From: a candidate division FCPU426 bacterium
Lineage (GTDB): Bacteria; Oederibacteriota; Muellerivitia; Muellerivitales; Muellerivitaceae
NCBI GenBank assembly: GCA_963796105.1
Contig: CAWCKJ010000003.1
Span: 96,001 to 160,000 of the forward strand
Reading direction: 5' to 3'
DNA: 64,000 bases
The position numbers and the translations under genes were made by a program. The notes below the pieces were generated by a model. The model was given only the letters and a program-made list of their open reading frames with translations, was not told the DNA's origin and searched no databases. Numbering within the stretch: the first letter of the stretch is position 1; every line of letters begins with the position of its first letter. This document shows, in pieces, positions 11,024-20,786 of this stretch.

Positions 11024-11060
11024 TTTGGTCCTGATTTATTGAAAAAATAACCCCTCCATG

Positions 11061-11300
11061 CCAACAGATGTTCCCAGTAATGTGGGCGGGTTATCTCCCA
11101 TGTCGCCGGAAATGTGGGCGGTTTATCTTCCTTTCCGGCAGATGTTCCTAGGCATGTGGGCGGGTTATCCTCGCTTCCCAACGGATGTTCCCAGCAATGT
11201 GGGCGGGTTATCTCTCATGTCGCTGGAAATGTGGGCGGTTTATCCCCCTTTCCGACAGATGTTCCCAGGTATGTGGGCGGTTTATCCTCAACTCCCGACA
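11061..11300 (+). repeat. Higher-order tandem repeat: two ~117-bp units, each with three ATGTGGGCGGKTTATC cores
   Basis: Cores at 11080, 11112, 11154, 11197, 11229, 11271 (spacings 32, 42, 43, 32, 42). Confidence 0.9.
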
Positions 11301-11337
11301 GCAATTTCGGTTCCGTTTAATGGGTTAGCTCCCCTTG

Positions 11338-11767
11338 CCGGTATTTCCGTCGGCTACCCAGGATAACCTGGTGACACCTACCGGCATTTTCGTCGGTAAG
11401 CTGGGATAACCTGGTGACACCCACCGGCATTTTCGTCGGTAAGCCGGGATAACCTGGTGACAGCAACCGGCATTTTCGTCGGTAAGCCGGGATAACCTGG
11501 TGACACCCACCGGCATTTTCGTCGGTAAGCCGGGATAACCTGGTGACAGCAACCGGCATTTTCGTCGGTAAGCCGGGATAACCTGGTGACACCTACCGGC
11601 ATTTTCGTCGGTAAGCCGGGATAACCTGGTGACACCTACCGGCATTTTCGTCGGTAAGCCGGGATAACCTGGTGACACCTACCGGTATTTTCGCCGGTAA
11701 GCCGGGATAACCTGGTGACACCTACCGGTATTTCCGTCGGTAAGCCAGGATAACCTGGTGACAGCAA
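11338..11767 (+). repeat. Tandem array of ten 43-bp units (satellite-like, not CRISPR)
   Basis: Consensus CCGGCATTTTCGTCGGTAAGCCGGGATAACCTGGTGACACCTA; GGATAACC at 11361, 11404, 11447, 11490, 11533, 11576, 11619, 11662, 11705, 11748. Confidence 0.97.
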
Positions 11768-11849
11768 CCGAGGTTTCCGTTGGCCGGGGTCGGTATTTCC
11801 GTTGGCTGGAGTCGGGGTTTCCGTTGGCTGGCGGCCGGATTTTCGCCGT
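11768..11849 (+). repeat. Degenerate 22-bp tandem tail of the 43-bp array
   Basis: TTTCCGTTGGC at 11774, 11796, 11818, plus degenerate TTTTCGCCG at 11840. Confidence 0.8.
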
Positions 11850-11851
11850 CC

Positions 11852-11880
11852 ATCCCATGTATCCCCTGAATCCGTGGCGA
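11852..11880 (-). repeat. RCCACRG-family right terminus (9-bp trimer form)
   Basis: ATCCCATGT ATCCCCTGA ATCCGTGGC; reverse complement shares GCCACGGATTCAGGGGAT exactly with 13010-13027. Confidence 0.75.
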
Positions 11881-11928
11881 AAATTCTTTATCCTTAAATT
11901 TGGCAGTGGTTAGTCAATGACTGAGTGT

Positions 11929-12864
11929 TTAAGACCTCAGGCGGCCGGAATCCTTTTCTTCACGGAAGCTTTGGTAGGTTTTGCAGATACCTTCCTCCAA
12001 GCCGATCTTGGCCTTCCAGCCCAGGGCGGTGAGGCGGGATACATCCAGGAGCTTGCGGGGAGTGCCATCGGGTTTGGAAGAATCCCAGACCACCTTACCC
12101 TTGAATCCGACAGCGGCGGAAACCAGGTTAGCCAGGTCCTTGATGGAAACATCCTCGCCTACCCCCACGTTCACCCAGTCCGGCGGGTTGTCGAGGCCTA
12201 ATAGGAAAGCGCAGGCGTCGGCCAGATCGTCAACGTGCAGGAACTCCCGCTTGGGAGAGCCCGTGCCCCAAAGGGTTACGTCCGGCAATCCCTCTGTTTT
12301 GGCCTTGTGGAACTTTGAGATCATTGCGGGAAGCACGTGGGAATCCGTCGGATGGTAGTTGTCCCCGGGCCCGTAAAGGTTGGTGGGCATGACGGAATGA
12401 TATAGAACCCCGAATTGGGAGCGGTAATGTTGGCAGAGTTTCAAGCCGGCGATCTTGGCGATGGCGTAGGCCTCGTTGGTCGGCTCCAGGGGGCCGGTCA
12501 AGAGGCAGGATTCCGGCATGGGCTGGGGAGCGTGCCGGGGATAGATGCAGGAGCTTCCCAGGAACAAAAGCCTTTTAATGCCGGCTTGGAATGATCCCTC
12601 GATGCAATTCAAGGCGATAATCAGGTTCTCCCGGATGAAATCAGCCGGATAGCTCTCATTGGCCAGGATACCGCCCACCTTGGCCGCCGCCACAATGACC
12701 GCGTCCGGTTTTTCCTTCAGCAGGAAATCATGGGTTTTCTTCTGGTCCTTGAGGTTCAATTCCTTGAAGGTGCGCAGGAGAAGTTGGACTGATTTGTCGC
12801 CAGTGTAACGGCGCACTAACGCCGAACCCACCATTCCGTTATGGCCCGCGATGAATAGTTTCAT
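11929..12864 (-). CDS. fcl: GDP-L-fucose synthase
   Basis: [39 protein letters not shown] motifs; next to gmd. Confidence 0.96.
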   Translation of the reverse strand: MKLFIAGHNGMVGSALVRRYTGDKSVQLLLRTFKELNLKDQKKTHDFLLKEKPDAVIVAAAKVGGILANESYPADFIRENLIIALNCIEGSFQAGIKRLLFLGSSCIYPRHAPQPMPESCLLTGPLEPTNEAYAIAKIAGLKLCQHYRSQFGVLYHSVMPTNLYGPGDNYHPTDSHVLPAMISKFHKAKTEGLPDVTLWGTGSPKREFLHVDDLADACAFLLGLDNPPDWVNVGVGEDVSIKDLANLVSAAVGFKGKVVWDSSKPDGTPRKLLDVSRLTALGWKAKIGLEEGICKTYQSFREEKDSGRLRS

Positions 12865-13006
12865 GGATGATCCTTAGACCCGGTAGGGCGAAAATGTGTT
12901 TATAAAACTATTTCATAACTGCCCAAATAGAACAAAAAACTCAGAAACAAATATTTAAACAATTAAGAATACTTAAACCCGAAAAACTTCAAACAAAACC
13001 AAGTCC

Positions 13007-13175
13007 TTTGCCACGGATTCAGGGGATGCAGGGGGATAGACCCAAAAAAGCTTTATACTTATGTTTTTTTAAATTCCATTAATCCCATGTATGCCAGCCT
13101 TCTATAAAGCTTTTAATGTGGCTGGTATGATACCGATCTCATTATGTTTTTGTGGATGATCGGCATATCCGTGGC
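13007..13175. repeat. Paired inverted RCCACRG-family element between gmd and fcl
   Basis: GCCACGGAT (13010-13018) ... ATCCGTGGC (13167-13175); internal stems 13091-13099/13120-13128 and 13130-13138/13158-13166. Confidence 0.75.
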
Positions 13176-13209
13176 TAAGTATTATTTTGGACAGTGTAGT
13201 ATTTTTTAA

Positions 13210-14250
13210 TTAAGAATCCCTTTTCTTTTCGCGAACGGCCAATTCAAGGTCGTGATCCACCATGCGGCGGATCAACTGCTGGAAAGAAGTCTCGTTCCGC
13301 CAGCCCAGCGCCCGTCTCGCCTTGGAGGAATTGCCCCTTAGGAAATCCACCTCGGAGGGGCGGAAATACATGGGGTCGATTTTCACGTATTTCTTCCAGT
13401 CCAGCCCCGCGTAGCCGAAAGCCTCCTCCGCCATCTCCCGCACCGAATAGGCCTTTCCGGTCGCGACAACGTAATCATCCGGCTTGGGTTTTTGGAGCAT
13501 GAGCCACATGGCCTTGACGAATTCCTTGGCGTCGCCCCAGTCGCGCTTGGCGTCCAGGTTGCCGAGGAACAAGTCTTTTTGGAGCCCGACCTTGATCCTG
13601 CCCACGGCCCTGGTGACTTTCCGGGTCACGAAGGTTTCGCCCCTCCTTTCGCTCTCGTGGTTGAAAAGGATGCCGTTGGAAATATAAAGGCCGTAGGCCT
13701 CGCGGTAGTTCTTGGCCGACCAGAAGGCGTAAAGCTTGGAGACCCCGTAGGGGCTTCTGGGATGGAAGGGGCTGGTTTCGGTGTAGCCGGATTTGGGACA
13801 GTCCATGCCCCCGTAAAGTTCCGAACTGCTGGCCTGGTAGAAGCGGGCCTTGGGACAAGCGCCCCTCATGGCCTCCAGGAGCTTGAGGGTTCCCACGCCG
13901 GTTACCTCGCCGGTATATTCCGGCTGGTCGAAGGATACCCTTACATGGCTCATGGCGCCGAGGTTGTAAATCTCATCCGGCAGAATCTTGGCCAGGAGCT
14001 TGAAGAGCCCCGAGGAATCGGAAAGGTCGCCGTAATGGAGAAAAAACCTGCGGCCGTGGACATGGGGATCCTGGTAGATATGGTCAATGCGCCCCGTGTT
14101 GAAAACAGAGGAGCGCCGGATGAGGCCGTGCACTTCATAGTTTTTTTCCAGGAGGAGGTCAGCCAGCCAGGAGCCATCCTGGCCCGTAATACCGGTCACG
14201 AATGCCTTGCGGATTTTTTTTGTCTTACCGGCCTTACCGCTATTTTTCAT
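13210..14250 (-). CDS. gmd: GDP-mannose 4,6-dehydratase
   Basis: [44 protein letters not shown]; start placed at ATG 14250 with GGAG RBS. Confidence 0.96.
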   Translation of the reverse strand: MKNSGKAGKTKKIRKAFVTGITGQDGSWLADLLLEKNYEVHGLIRRSSVFNTGRIDHIYQDPHVHGRRFFLHYGDLSDSSGLFKLLAKILPDEIYNLGAMSHVRVSFDQPEYTGEVTGVGTLKLLEAMRGACPKARFYQASSSELYGGMDCPKSGYTETSPFHPRSPYGVSKLYAFWSAKNYREAYGLYISNGILFNHESERRGETFVTRKVTRAVGRIKVGLQKDLFLGNLDAKRDWGDAKEFVKAMWLMLQKPKPDDYVVATGKAYSVREMAEEAFGYAGLDWKKYVKIDPMYFRPSEVDFLRGNSSKARRALGWRNETSFQQLIRRMVDHDLELAVREKKRDS

Positions 14251-14280
14251 TTCATCCACTCCGCTTATAAAAATCAAATA

Positions 14281-14317
14281 TCACCACGGGTTCTTTCAGA
14301 ACCACAAAGGCACAGTA
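14281..14317 (+). repeat. RCCACRG-family left terminus with covarying hairpin
   Basis: TCACCACGGGTTCTTTCAGAACCACAAAGGCACAGT; hairpin GGTTCT-TTC-AGAACC versus GGTTCC-TTC-GGAACC in copies A and B. Confidence 0.8.
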
Positions 14318-14521
14318 GGGAAAAGCTTCAATATTTTGTTGCCTAAAATCCAGCAACAACTTACTTCGGTGCAAAGCCCCACTGTTTAAAGAAGTGATGT
14401 TGTTAGAGCTTACTAATATTAAAGAACGATTAGAAGGTGGTAAAGCTGCATCATTTTACCTTAAAAAGGATTTATCTGCTCATAAGTTCAAATTTCGAAA
14501 CCGGAGGATTCGAATTATTTT

Positions 14522-16909
14522 TTATGCGGTTAGGCCCAGACGGCGGAGAGGTGCGGACAAACGAGGCCGGATTAGGGGCCAAACGCTGCAAAGTATTGCC
14601 AGGAGTACCCAGAAGGCAAGCGTAACCGCCGAACAAACATAAAGAAGGACAGGTTTGTAATCCATCCTCACCAGGTGTTTTCCAGGTTTATCCAGAACTA
14701 CGGCCCTGAAGACGCCGTCCGCCCTGAGGATGGGTTTTTCCACCCCATCCACTGTGGCCTTCCAGTAAGGGTAATAGGGATCGGATAGGAAGAGGATGGC
14801 CGCCTGACTAGTTTGACAGGATATTTCAACGCTCCTATTCCCGTAATGAGTGATATCGGCAGGCCCGAGATAGCCTTTGTTCCATTGGGGCCTTTCTACG
14901 GGAACTTGTTCCAACATCACCTCGTTTCGGATATCTAGACTTCCGGTTTGAATGACGTTGATGGCATTTGCCGGATCAGAAACGAGGATATATCCGCCCA
15001 CTAGGAAAGCCCTGGGAAGGGCCTTGGTATTCACGACGGTATTGTCCATGAAGGGTTTCCAGCGTTCCGTGGGATGGCCGTACAAGGTGGGAGTGTAAAG
15101 ATATTTGAGGCTTACTAAGTCCGAAAGGGGAGTGTCCCAATTATCGCGCATGGCTTCCAAATAGCCATAAGCTTCCCGAATAATAATGGCGTAGGTGAAG
15201 GTGCTAATAAGCTGGGAAACTTTGCTGAATAATTCGAAATCGGAGTTGTATCCGGATTGGACCCGGGGATAATTTTTATCCTCCAGGATTTTAGGCCAGG
15301 CTTTTCCGGGAAACATCGCGCGGCCTTTTAAAAAATAATCCCGGTCCGCTGTTTTTACGAAACCAATGTCGTATTGCCAAAGGTCCCCGGCCGTATCCGC
15401 CAATAGGAGAACCTGGAGGGTTGCAGCGAGGGCCAATACCAGTCTCCTTTTACCAAGCGAGAACACTTTTAAGCGGTGATTCCAGAGATCGACCAATTCA
15501 TTTAGGGAAAGACCCGCAGCGCAGGAAAGGCAAAAGAGGGACAAGAGCATGATCCGGGCTACGCTTCGGTTATGGGAAAAGCCCGGGAAATAATCGTAGA
15601 AAAACTGAAAAACCCGGTGGGTGAGGGGAGTGGAGTCCGCCATAGCCAACAGGGTGAAAAGAACGGTCAGGAGCCAGAACCACCCGATCATCAGTTTGCG
15701 CCTGACGAGGAACAAACCGCATACCGCCAACAAAATGGGAATCAGGCCCATGTAAGTCGCCATCTCGTGGTAACCCCAATGGCCAGTGACTTCGTAAGTT
15801 CGATCCTGGGGGGAGCCCCTGAAGAAAGGATCGATAAAATACCGAAAGTTCCCCAGGTTCGTGAAGTCCGTCATAATGTCTTTGTAAGTCCAACCCCAGC
15901 GGTTGCTGAGCCTAATGAACTGCCAGGAGGGAATCCAGAGGCAGGGGGATAATAGGGCGGAAAGAAAGGAAACTGAAACACCGCCCAGGATGAGTTTCCA
16001 AAAGCTGATTATTTTCCGGAACCAAAAGATGAGGAGGAAAAACCCGATCATCATGAAGGAGTAAAAGGTCATCTGGGGATGGCCTTCCAGGATTTGAAGG
16101 CCCATCAGGATTCCGGCGATTGCCAAGCGCGAAATTTTAGAGTCCTCGCAATAGCGCTTCAGGAAAAACAAAACCAACGGGAACCAGGAAGCGGCCCAGA
16201 CCATGTTGATTCCCCCGGCGTAGGCGTGGGCCAGGAAAAAGCTGGAGAAGGCGAAGGCCATCCCGCCCAGGAAAGAACCCCAGACCCCGCCTCCCAAGGT
16301 CCTGATGAAAAGATAAGTCCCGAAAGCCGCGAGGAATAAATGAGCGAAACTGACCCAGGTCATGGCCCAGGAGAGGGGGAGGAAAAAGTAAAGCAGTGAA
16401 AAAGGGGAAAAGACCGAGAGGTACATGGTTTCTGGAAGGGGCTGGCCCAGGCTGGCGAAGGGTTCCCAAAGGGCGGGATCGCCCGACTTGAGGCTTTCCA
16501 CCCAGAAATGACGGAATGGATAAACGAAGCCCATGTCCTGGAGCCCCCAAACCTCGCGGGGATGGCAAAGGGGTTCCCAAAGGATCGCCGTGATGAAGAG
16601 GAGATACAAAACCGCCGCGAGGAAAGAGGCGCTGTCCCTTATGGCGACCGGCTCATTTTCGGGATTGAACGGTTTTGCGGGGACTACCCCTGCTTCTGAA
16701 AACTCAGGGGAGGTTTTATCAGGCATGCGGAGTCCGAGTAGGGTATACGCGCCCAAGACCAGGATCGTAAGAGCCAATAGAAAATACAGGCGGTTGTGAA
16801 GGGGGGAAGCGATGAAATACATGTATTGGGCGGCCAGGAACAAGAAACAAACGCCCCAATAGGGATATTGGACAAGGAGAGGGTTTTGGGATCGTGGATT
16901 TCCGTTCAT
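14522..16909 (-). CDS. YfhO-family GT-C membrane glycosyltransferase
   Basis: LWEPxxxLGQP, FSPF, GHPQ, many TM helices; C-terminal ALPRAF...LSDPYYPYWKATVDG...RADGVFRAV. Confidence 0.82.
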   Translation of the reverse strand: MNGNPRSQNPLLVQYPYWGVCFLFLAAQYMYFIASPLHNRLYFLLALTILVLGAYTLLGLRMPDKTSPEFSEAGVVPAKPFNPENEPVAIRDSASFLAAVLYLLFITAILWEPLCHPREVWGLQDMGFVYPFRHFWVESLKSGDPALWEPFASLGQPLPETMYLSVFSPFSLLYFFLPLSWAMTWVSFAHLFLAAFGTYLFIRTLGGGVWGSFLGGMAFAFSSFFLAHAYAGGINMVWAASWFPLVLFFLKRYCEDSKISRLAIAGILMGLQILEGHPQMTFYSFMMIGFFLLIFWFRKIISFWKLILGGVSVSFLSALLSPCLWIPSWQFIRLSNRWGWTYKDIMTDFTNLGNFRYFIDPFFRGSPQDRTYEVTGHWGYHEMATYMGLIPILLAVCGLFLVRRKLMIGWFWLLTVLFTLLAMADSTPLTHRVFQFFYDYFPGFSHNRSVARIMLLSLFCLSCAAGLSLNELVDLWNHRLKVFSLGKRRLVLALAATLQVLLLADTAGDLWQYDIGFVKTADRDYFLKGRAMFPGKAWPKILEDKNYPRVQSGYNSDFELFSKVSQLISTFTYAIIIREAYGYLEAMRDNWDTPLSDLVSLKYLYTPTLYGHPTERWKPFMDNTVVNTKALPRAFLVGGYILVSDPANAINVIQTGSLDIRNEVMLEQVPVERPQWNKGYLGPADITHYGNRSVEISCQTSQAAILFLSDPYYPYWKATVDGVEKPILRADGVFRAVVLDKPGKHLVRMDYKPVLLYVCSAVTLAFWVLLAILCSVWPLIRPRLSAPLRRLGLTA

Positions 16910-16963
16910 TTTTCCGCGGCCCTTACGCTTCGGATGAGAACAACATTGAAAGGAAAATAAATG

Positions 16964-17392
16964 TTAATTTGAGGGAGTATCTGGATCGCCCGTGTCACCG
17001 ATATCCTTTCCGTTTTCGTCCAGCATTTTCTCGATTTGATTATATTGATCGATTGAAAAGTCCTGCCTGCCGTTTTCTTTCATCCACTCATATTTTTGTT
17101 TCGTGATGCTTTTAATTGCTTCCCTTAGGGTTTGGGTCTGGGCGTCGGTGATCCTGCCGGCCCTCTGGGCATCCGTGATTTTTTGGCGCTGGGCGTCTAT
17201 CCGTAATGTGACCTTGTAAAGATTGGGCCTGGTGGAGGGGATAACGGGTATTTTCCCTTTTTTCCCATTGTGTTTAACCGGTGTCGGCGTTTTTTGGGGG
17301 GCTTGAGTGGGAACTGGGGTGGGATCGGCTTGAACGAGGCTGGCGCTGAATAGCAGAACTGCCCCGAGTATTGTTATGTATATTGCCTTCAT
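16964..17392 (-). CDS. Secreted small helical hypothetical protein with Pro/Thr-rich N-terminus
   Basis: ATG 17392 preceded by GGAGG; signal peptide (VQA|D); PTPVPT linker; amphipathic helices. Confidence 0.65.
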   Translation of the reverse strand: MKAIYITILGAVLLFSASLVQADPTPVPTQAPQKTPTPVKHNGKKGKIPVIPSTRPNLYKVTLRIDAQRQKITDAQRAGRITDAQTQTLREAIKSITKQKYEWMKENGRQDFSIDQYNQIEKMLDENGKDIGDTGDPDTPSN

Positions 17393-17481
17393 TTTTCCTC
17401 CAACGAGGTTCTTAAAAACCATTATGGCATATCATCCGGCTTTTGGGCTTTCAAGGGGAAAAAGCCGGAAGCGGGCATGGC

Positions 17482-17490
17482 TGTTATAAT
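17482..17490 (+). promoter_or_regulatory. Putative extended -10 promoter element
   Basis: TGTTATAAT just upstream of ATGs at 17494 and 17503. Confidence 0.45.
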
Positions 17491-17502
17491 GACATGCGGC
17501 TT

Positions 17503-19560
17503 ATGGACAAGGCCACATCAATCGATTTTTCTAAAAGGGAAACTTTGGGAAATCCTTCCGAGAGCGGAATAAAAACGTCGCAAAGGGACCGGCGTTTGTT
17601 TTGGTTCCTGGCCCTCCTTCCGGTTTTCCTGACCTTTTTGGCTTACCTGCCTTCTTTAAGCAACGGTTTCGTCAATTGGGACGATCCGGACAACATCCAG
17701 AACAACCTCCATATCCGATCCCTGGACGCCTCCTCTTTGGGCTGGATGCTCAGTTCCTTCTACCAGGGCTTTTGGTTTCCCCTAACGCTCTTTTCCCTCG
17801 CCCTGGATTACGCCATCGGGAGTTTGAACCCTGGGATTTACCACCTTCACAGCCTTCTCTTGCATTGCCTGAACACCTTCCTATTCTTTCTTTTTTGCTC
17901 GCGGTTTTTGACCTTAGCTCGGAGAGCCTCGGGGCTGGAAAATAGGACCGATGCCGGCGGCTGGGTGGTGAAATCCTCTTTCCTGGCCGCGCTCTTTTTC
18001 GGACTGAGCCCGGTCCATGTGGAAACGGTGGCTTGGGCGACTGACCGAAAGGATGTCCTCTGCGGGTTTTTCTACTTGGGCTCCCTCCTGGTTTACGTGG
18101 ATTACGCTTCAAGCTCGAAAAAGTGGAAACTATATGCCTGCCTCGGTCTTTTCCTGCTCGCGCTGATGTCCAAACCCATGGCCGTGACCCTTCCCCTTGT
18201 TTTTCTTCTGCTGGACGCCTGGCCCTTCAAGAGATTTGGAATAAAGGCTCTCTTGGAGAAATTCCCATTTTTGGCTGCTTCGGCGCTGGTCAGTTGGATG
18301 GCTCTCTTGGCTGAGAAACAGGTGGGTGCCATGCCGAGCGTCGAGGAAATTCCCTTTATTTACAGAATCGCTAATTCGCTTCATTCGATATTTTTTCATT
18401 TGTGGAAAATGATCGTCCCAGTGGATTTGACCGCGCTTTATCCCTTGGCGATCCATACGGAAATCGCTTCATTGAGGAACTTGGGCTTGCTGATCCTGTT
18501 TTTGTCGATTTCCTGGCTTTGCTTTTATGGCCGAAAGAAATGGCCCTTTCTGAGTTTGGCATGGCTGGGCTATTTAGTCATTTTGGCGCCTGTCTCAGGA
18601 CTTCTTCAAGTGGGCGGTTTAGCCGCCGCGGACCGTTACACTTATTTGACCTGCCTTGGGCCTTTTATTCTTTTAGCCTCAGGGATCGGGGCACTTGTTT
18701 CAAATCGAAACAAAATCACCGTCGTTGGGACTGTGGTCCTTGTATTTTTGATGGGCATGGGGACGATCAGGCAAGCCGGGACATGGAAGGACTCCGTCTC
18801 CCTTTGGGAAAATGTCCTGAAAATATATCCCGGCCTTTCCGGTGCGGCCTATTCCAACCTGGCACTGGCCTATGAAGGCGCGGGCAGGGGAGAAGAGGCC
18901 CTGCGCGCGAACGACCAGGCCTTAGCGCTTAATCCCCGCTCCGCCCATTTCCATGATCAAAAGGGTTTTCTTCTTTTCTACAAGGGGATGACCACTGAAG
19001 CCATTCAGGAGTTCAAGACGGCGATATTATTGGATCCCAAACAAGCCACGGCGCACAGGAACCTGGCGAACGCCGAATTGAAAACCGGGAATCCCCAGGA
19101 CGCCGAAAAAGATTTTGAGACGGCTGTCGAGATTGATCCTGGATTGGCCGACGCCCATAACTCCTTGGGCGCCCTATACCTGAGCCGAAATCAAAAAGAC
19201 CAGGCTCTCTCGGAGCTCAACCAAGCCCAAGCCTTGGAGCCTGAAAACATGAAATACTTGTTGGACTTGGCTTATGTTTACCAAAAATACGGGAAGTACG
19301 ACGAGGCCATTGACCTGTTCAAGCGCGGGATCGAGTTAAATCCGGGGCAGGGGGTTTATTATTTGGACCTGGGGATCGCTTATTACTTGAAGGGAATGTA
19401 CCAGGAGGCTTCCGAGCAATTGAAAAAGGCCTCCGAGCTGGAACCGAAGAACTCGGATATTCTCCGGAAACTGGGATTGGCCTACGCGCGGTTGGGGAAA
19501 AAAGACTTGGCGGTCGAGACCATCCGGAAGGCCATGGCTTTGGAAGCGGCAAAGCCTTAA
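17503..19560 (+). CDS. TMTC-like GT-C protein O-mannosyltransferase homolog with C-terminal TPRs (start uncertain, 17443-17503)
   Basis: FVNWDD acidic loop, PLT, PVHVETVAW..RKD, SKPMAVTLP, ADRYTY, WKDSVSLW, then about seven TPRs. Confidence 0.8.
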   Translation: MDKATSIDFSKRETLGNPSESGIKTSQRDRRLFWFLALLPVFLTFLAYLPSLSNGFVNWDDPDNIQNNLHIRSLDASSLGWMLSSFYQGFWFPLTLFSLALDYAIGSLNPGIYHLHSLLLHCLNTFLFFLFCSRFLTLARRASGLENRTDAGGWVVKSSFLAALFFGLSPVHVETVAWATDRKDVLCGFFYLGSLLVYVDYASSSKKWKLYACLGLFLLALMSKPMAVTLPLVFLLLDAWPFKRFGIKALLEKFPFLAASALVSWMALLAEKQVGAMPSVEEIPFIYRIANSLHSIFFHLWKMIVPVDLTALYPLAIHTEIASLRNLGLLILFLSISWLCFYGRKKWPFLSLAWLGYLVILAPVSGLLQVGGLAAADRYTYLTCLGPFILLASGIGALVSNRNKITVVGTVVLVFLMGMGTIRQAGTWKDSVSLWENVLKIYPGLSGAAYSNLALAYEGAGRGEEALRANDQALALNPRSAHFHDQKGFLLFYKGMTTEAIQEFKTAILLDPKQATAHRNLANAELKTGNPQDAEKDFETAVEIDPGLADAHNSLGALYLSRNQKDQALSELNQAQALEPENMKYLLDLAYVYQKYGKYDEAIDLFKRGIELNPGQGVYYLDLGIAYYLKGMYQEASEQLKKASELEPKNSDILRKLGLAYARLGKKDLAVETIRKAMALEAAKP

Positions 19561-19643
19561 GTATGGAAATTGTTTGCCTCTTTAAACAAACCCTTTAAAA
19601 CCCTATAATTTCCAGCTCTATTTACATCAAAGACGAAGGAACT

Positions 19644-20759
19644 ATGGTTATCCCGGATAAGCCTAAAAAAAGAAAATTCTCCAAGATCGGCGGCATCCAA
19701 TTGAGCCGCAGGACCCAGGATACCCACTTGGCCGGGTCCGAGGTCCTGATCACGCCCAAGCAGGTCCGGGCCCACCTTCCGGGATCACGCCTGGCCTATG
19801 AGACAGTCCTGAGGACCCGCAAAGAGGTGGAGGCCATCCTCGACCGCAGGGAGCGCCGCCTGATCGTGGTGGTCGGACCCTGTTCCATACACGACCCCCG
19901 AGCAGCCTATGAATACGCCTCGAAATTAAAAAGGCTTGCGGGAATGGTCCGCTCCACCCTGCTGGTGATCATGCGGGTTTATTTCGAGAAACCCCGCACC
20001 ACCGTGGGCTGGAAGGGGCTCATCAACGACCCCGACATGAACGATTCCTTCCATATCGAGAAGGGGATCCTCCTGGCCAGGCGGCTCCTGCTGAGGTTCG
20101 CCGACATGGGCCTTCCCACCTCCACCGAGGCTTTGGACCCCATCATTCCCCAGTACCTCGCGGATTTGATCAGCTGGTCCGCCATCGGGGCCCGCACGAC
20201 CGAATCGCAGACCCACCGCGAGATGGCCAGCGGCCTTTCCATGGCGGTGGGATTCAAGAACGCCACCGACGGGACCATCCAAATCGCGTTGAACGGGATC
20301 AAGGCGGCAAGGACATCCCACCATTTCCTGGGCATCAACCAGGACGGCCAGACGGCCGTCTTCAGGACCACCGGCAACTCCTACGCCCATATCGTCCTGC
20401 GGGGAGGGGACAAACCCAACTACGACCCAGCTTCCATTGCCGCCTGCGAAAAGGCCCTGAGACAGGCTGGCCTGCCCGCCAATATCGTGGTGGATTGCAG
20501 CCATGGGAACTCCAACAAGGACTACAAGCTCCAACCCAAGGCTTTCGACCAGGTCATCCGCCAAATCGAGAAGGGGAACGAATCGGTGGTGGGCTTGATG
20601 CTCGAGAGCAACCTGCATGAGGGCAGCCAGCCCCTCGTCAGGGACCGCTCCAAGCTGAAATACGGGGTTTCAATTACCGACGCCTGCATCAATTGGGTCA
20701 CGACCGAGGAACTGCTCTTGTCGGCCCATAAACGCTTGAGGAAATTGTGGAACCGTTGA
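19644..20759 (+). CDS. DAHP synthase, class I alpha (AroF/G/H type)
   Basis: GPCSIHD, RVYFEKPRTTVGWKGLIND, IGARTTESQTHRE, DCSHGNS, SITDACI. Confidence 0.96.
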   Translation: MVIPDKPKKRKFSKIGGIQLSRRTQDTHLAGSEVLITPKQVRAHLPGSRLAYETVLRTRKEVEAILDRRERRLIVVVGPCSIHDPRAAYEYASKLKRLAGMVRSTLLVIMRVYFEKPRTTVGWKGLINDPDMNDSFHIEKGILLARRLLLRFADMGLPTSTEALDPIIPQYLADLISWSAIGARTTESQTHREMASGLSMAVGFKNATDGTIQIALNGIKAARTSHHFLGINQDGQTAVFRTTGNSYAHIVLRGGDKPNYDPASIAACEKALRQAGLPANIVVDCSHGNSNKDYKLQPKAFDQVIRQIEKGNESVVGLMLESNLHEGSQPLVRDRSKLKYGVSITDACINWVTTEELLLSAHKRLRKLWNR

Positions 20760-20786
20760 GCTGAGGTTCCTGCTGTTATTTTAAAC

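Noticed and set aside
11058..11678. ORFs 11058..11366, 11114..11320, 11317..11592, 11325..11678, 11378..11635 as genes
   Set aside because: They arise from the repeats; the same peptides recur in all three frames because the 43-bp period shifts frame.
11080..11760. DnaA boxes / oriC (TTATCC-containing motifs)
   Set aside because: Only one near match to TTATCCACA (TTATCCTCA at 11282); no dnaA-region genes nearby.
11338..11767. CRISPR array
   Set aside because: Units are contiguous and near-identical with no unique spacers; no cas genes recognised in the window.
14437..14444. Right terminus (GTGGTAAA) pairing with the 14281 element
   Set aside because: Only an 8-bp degenerate match without the ACTGTGC inner arm; cannot be distinguished from chance.
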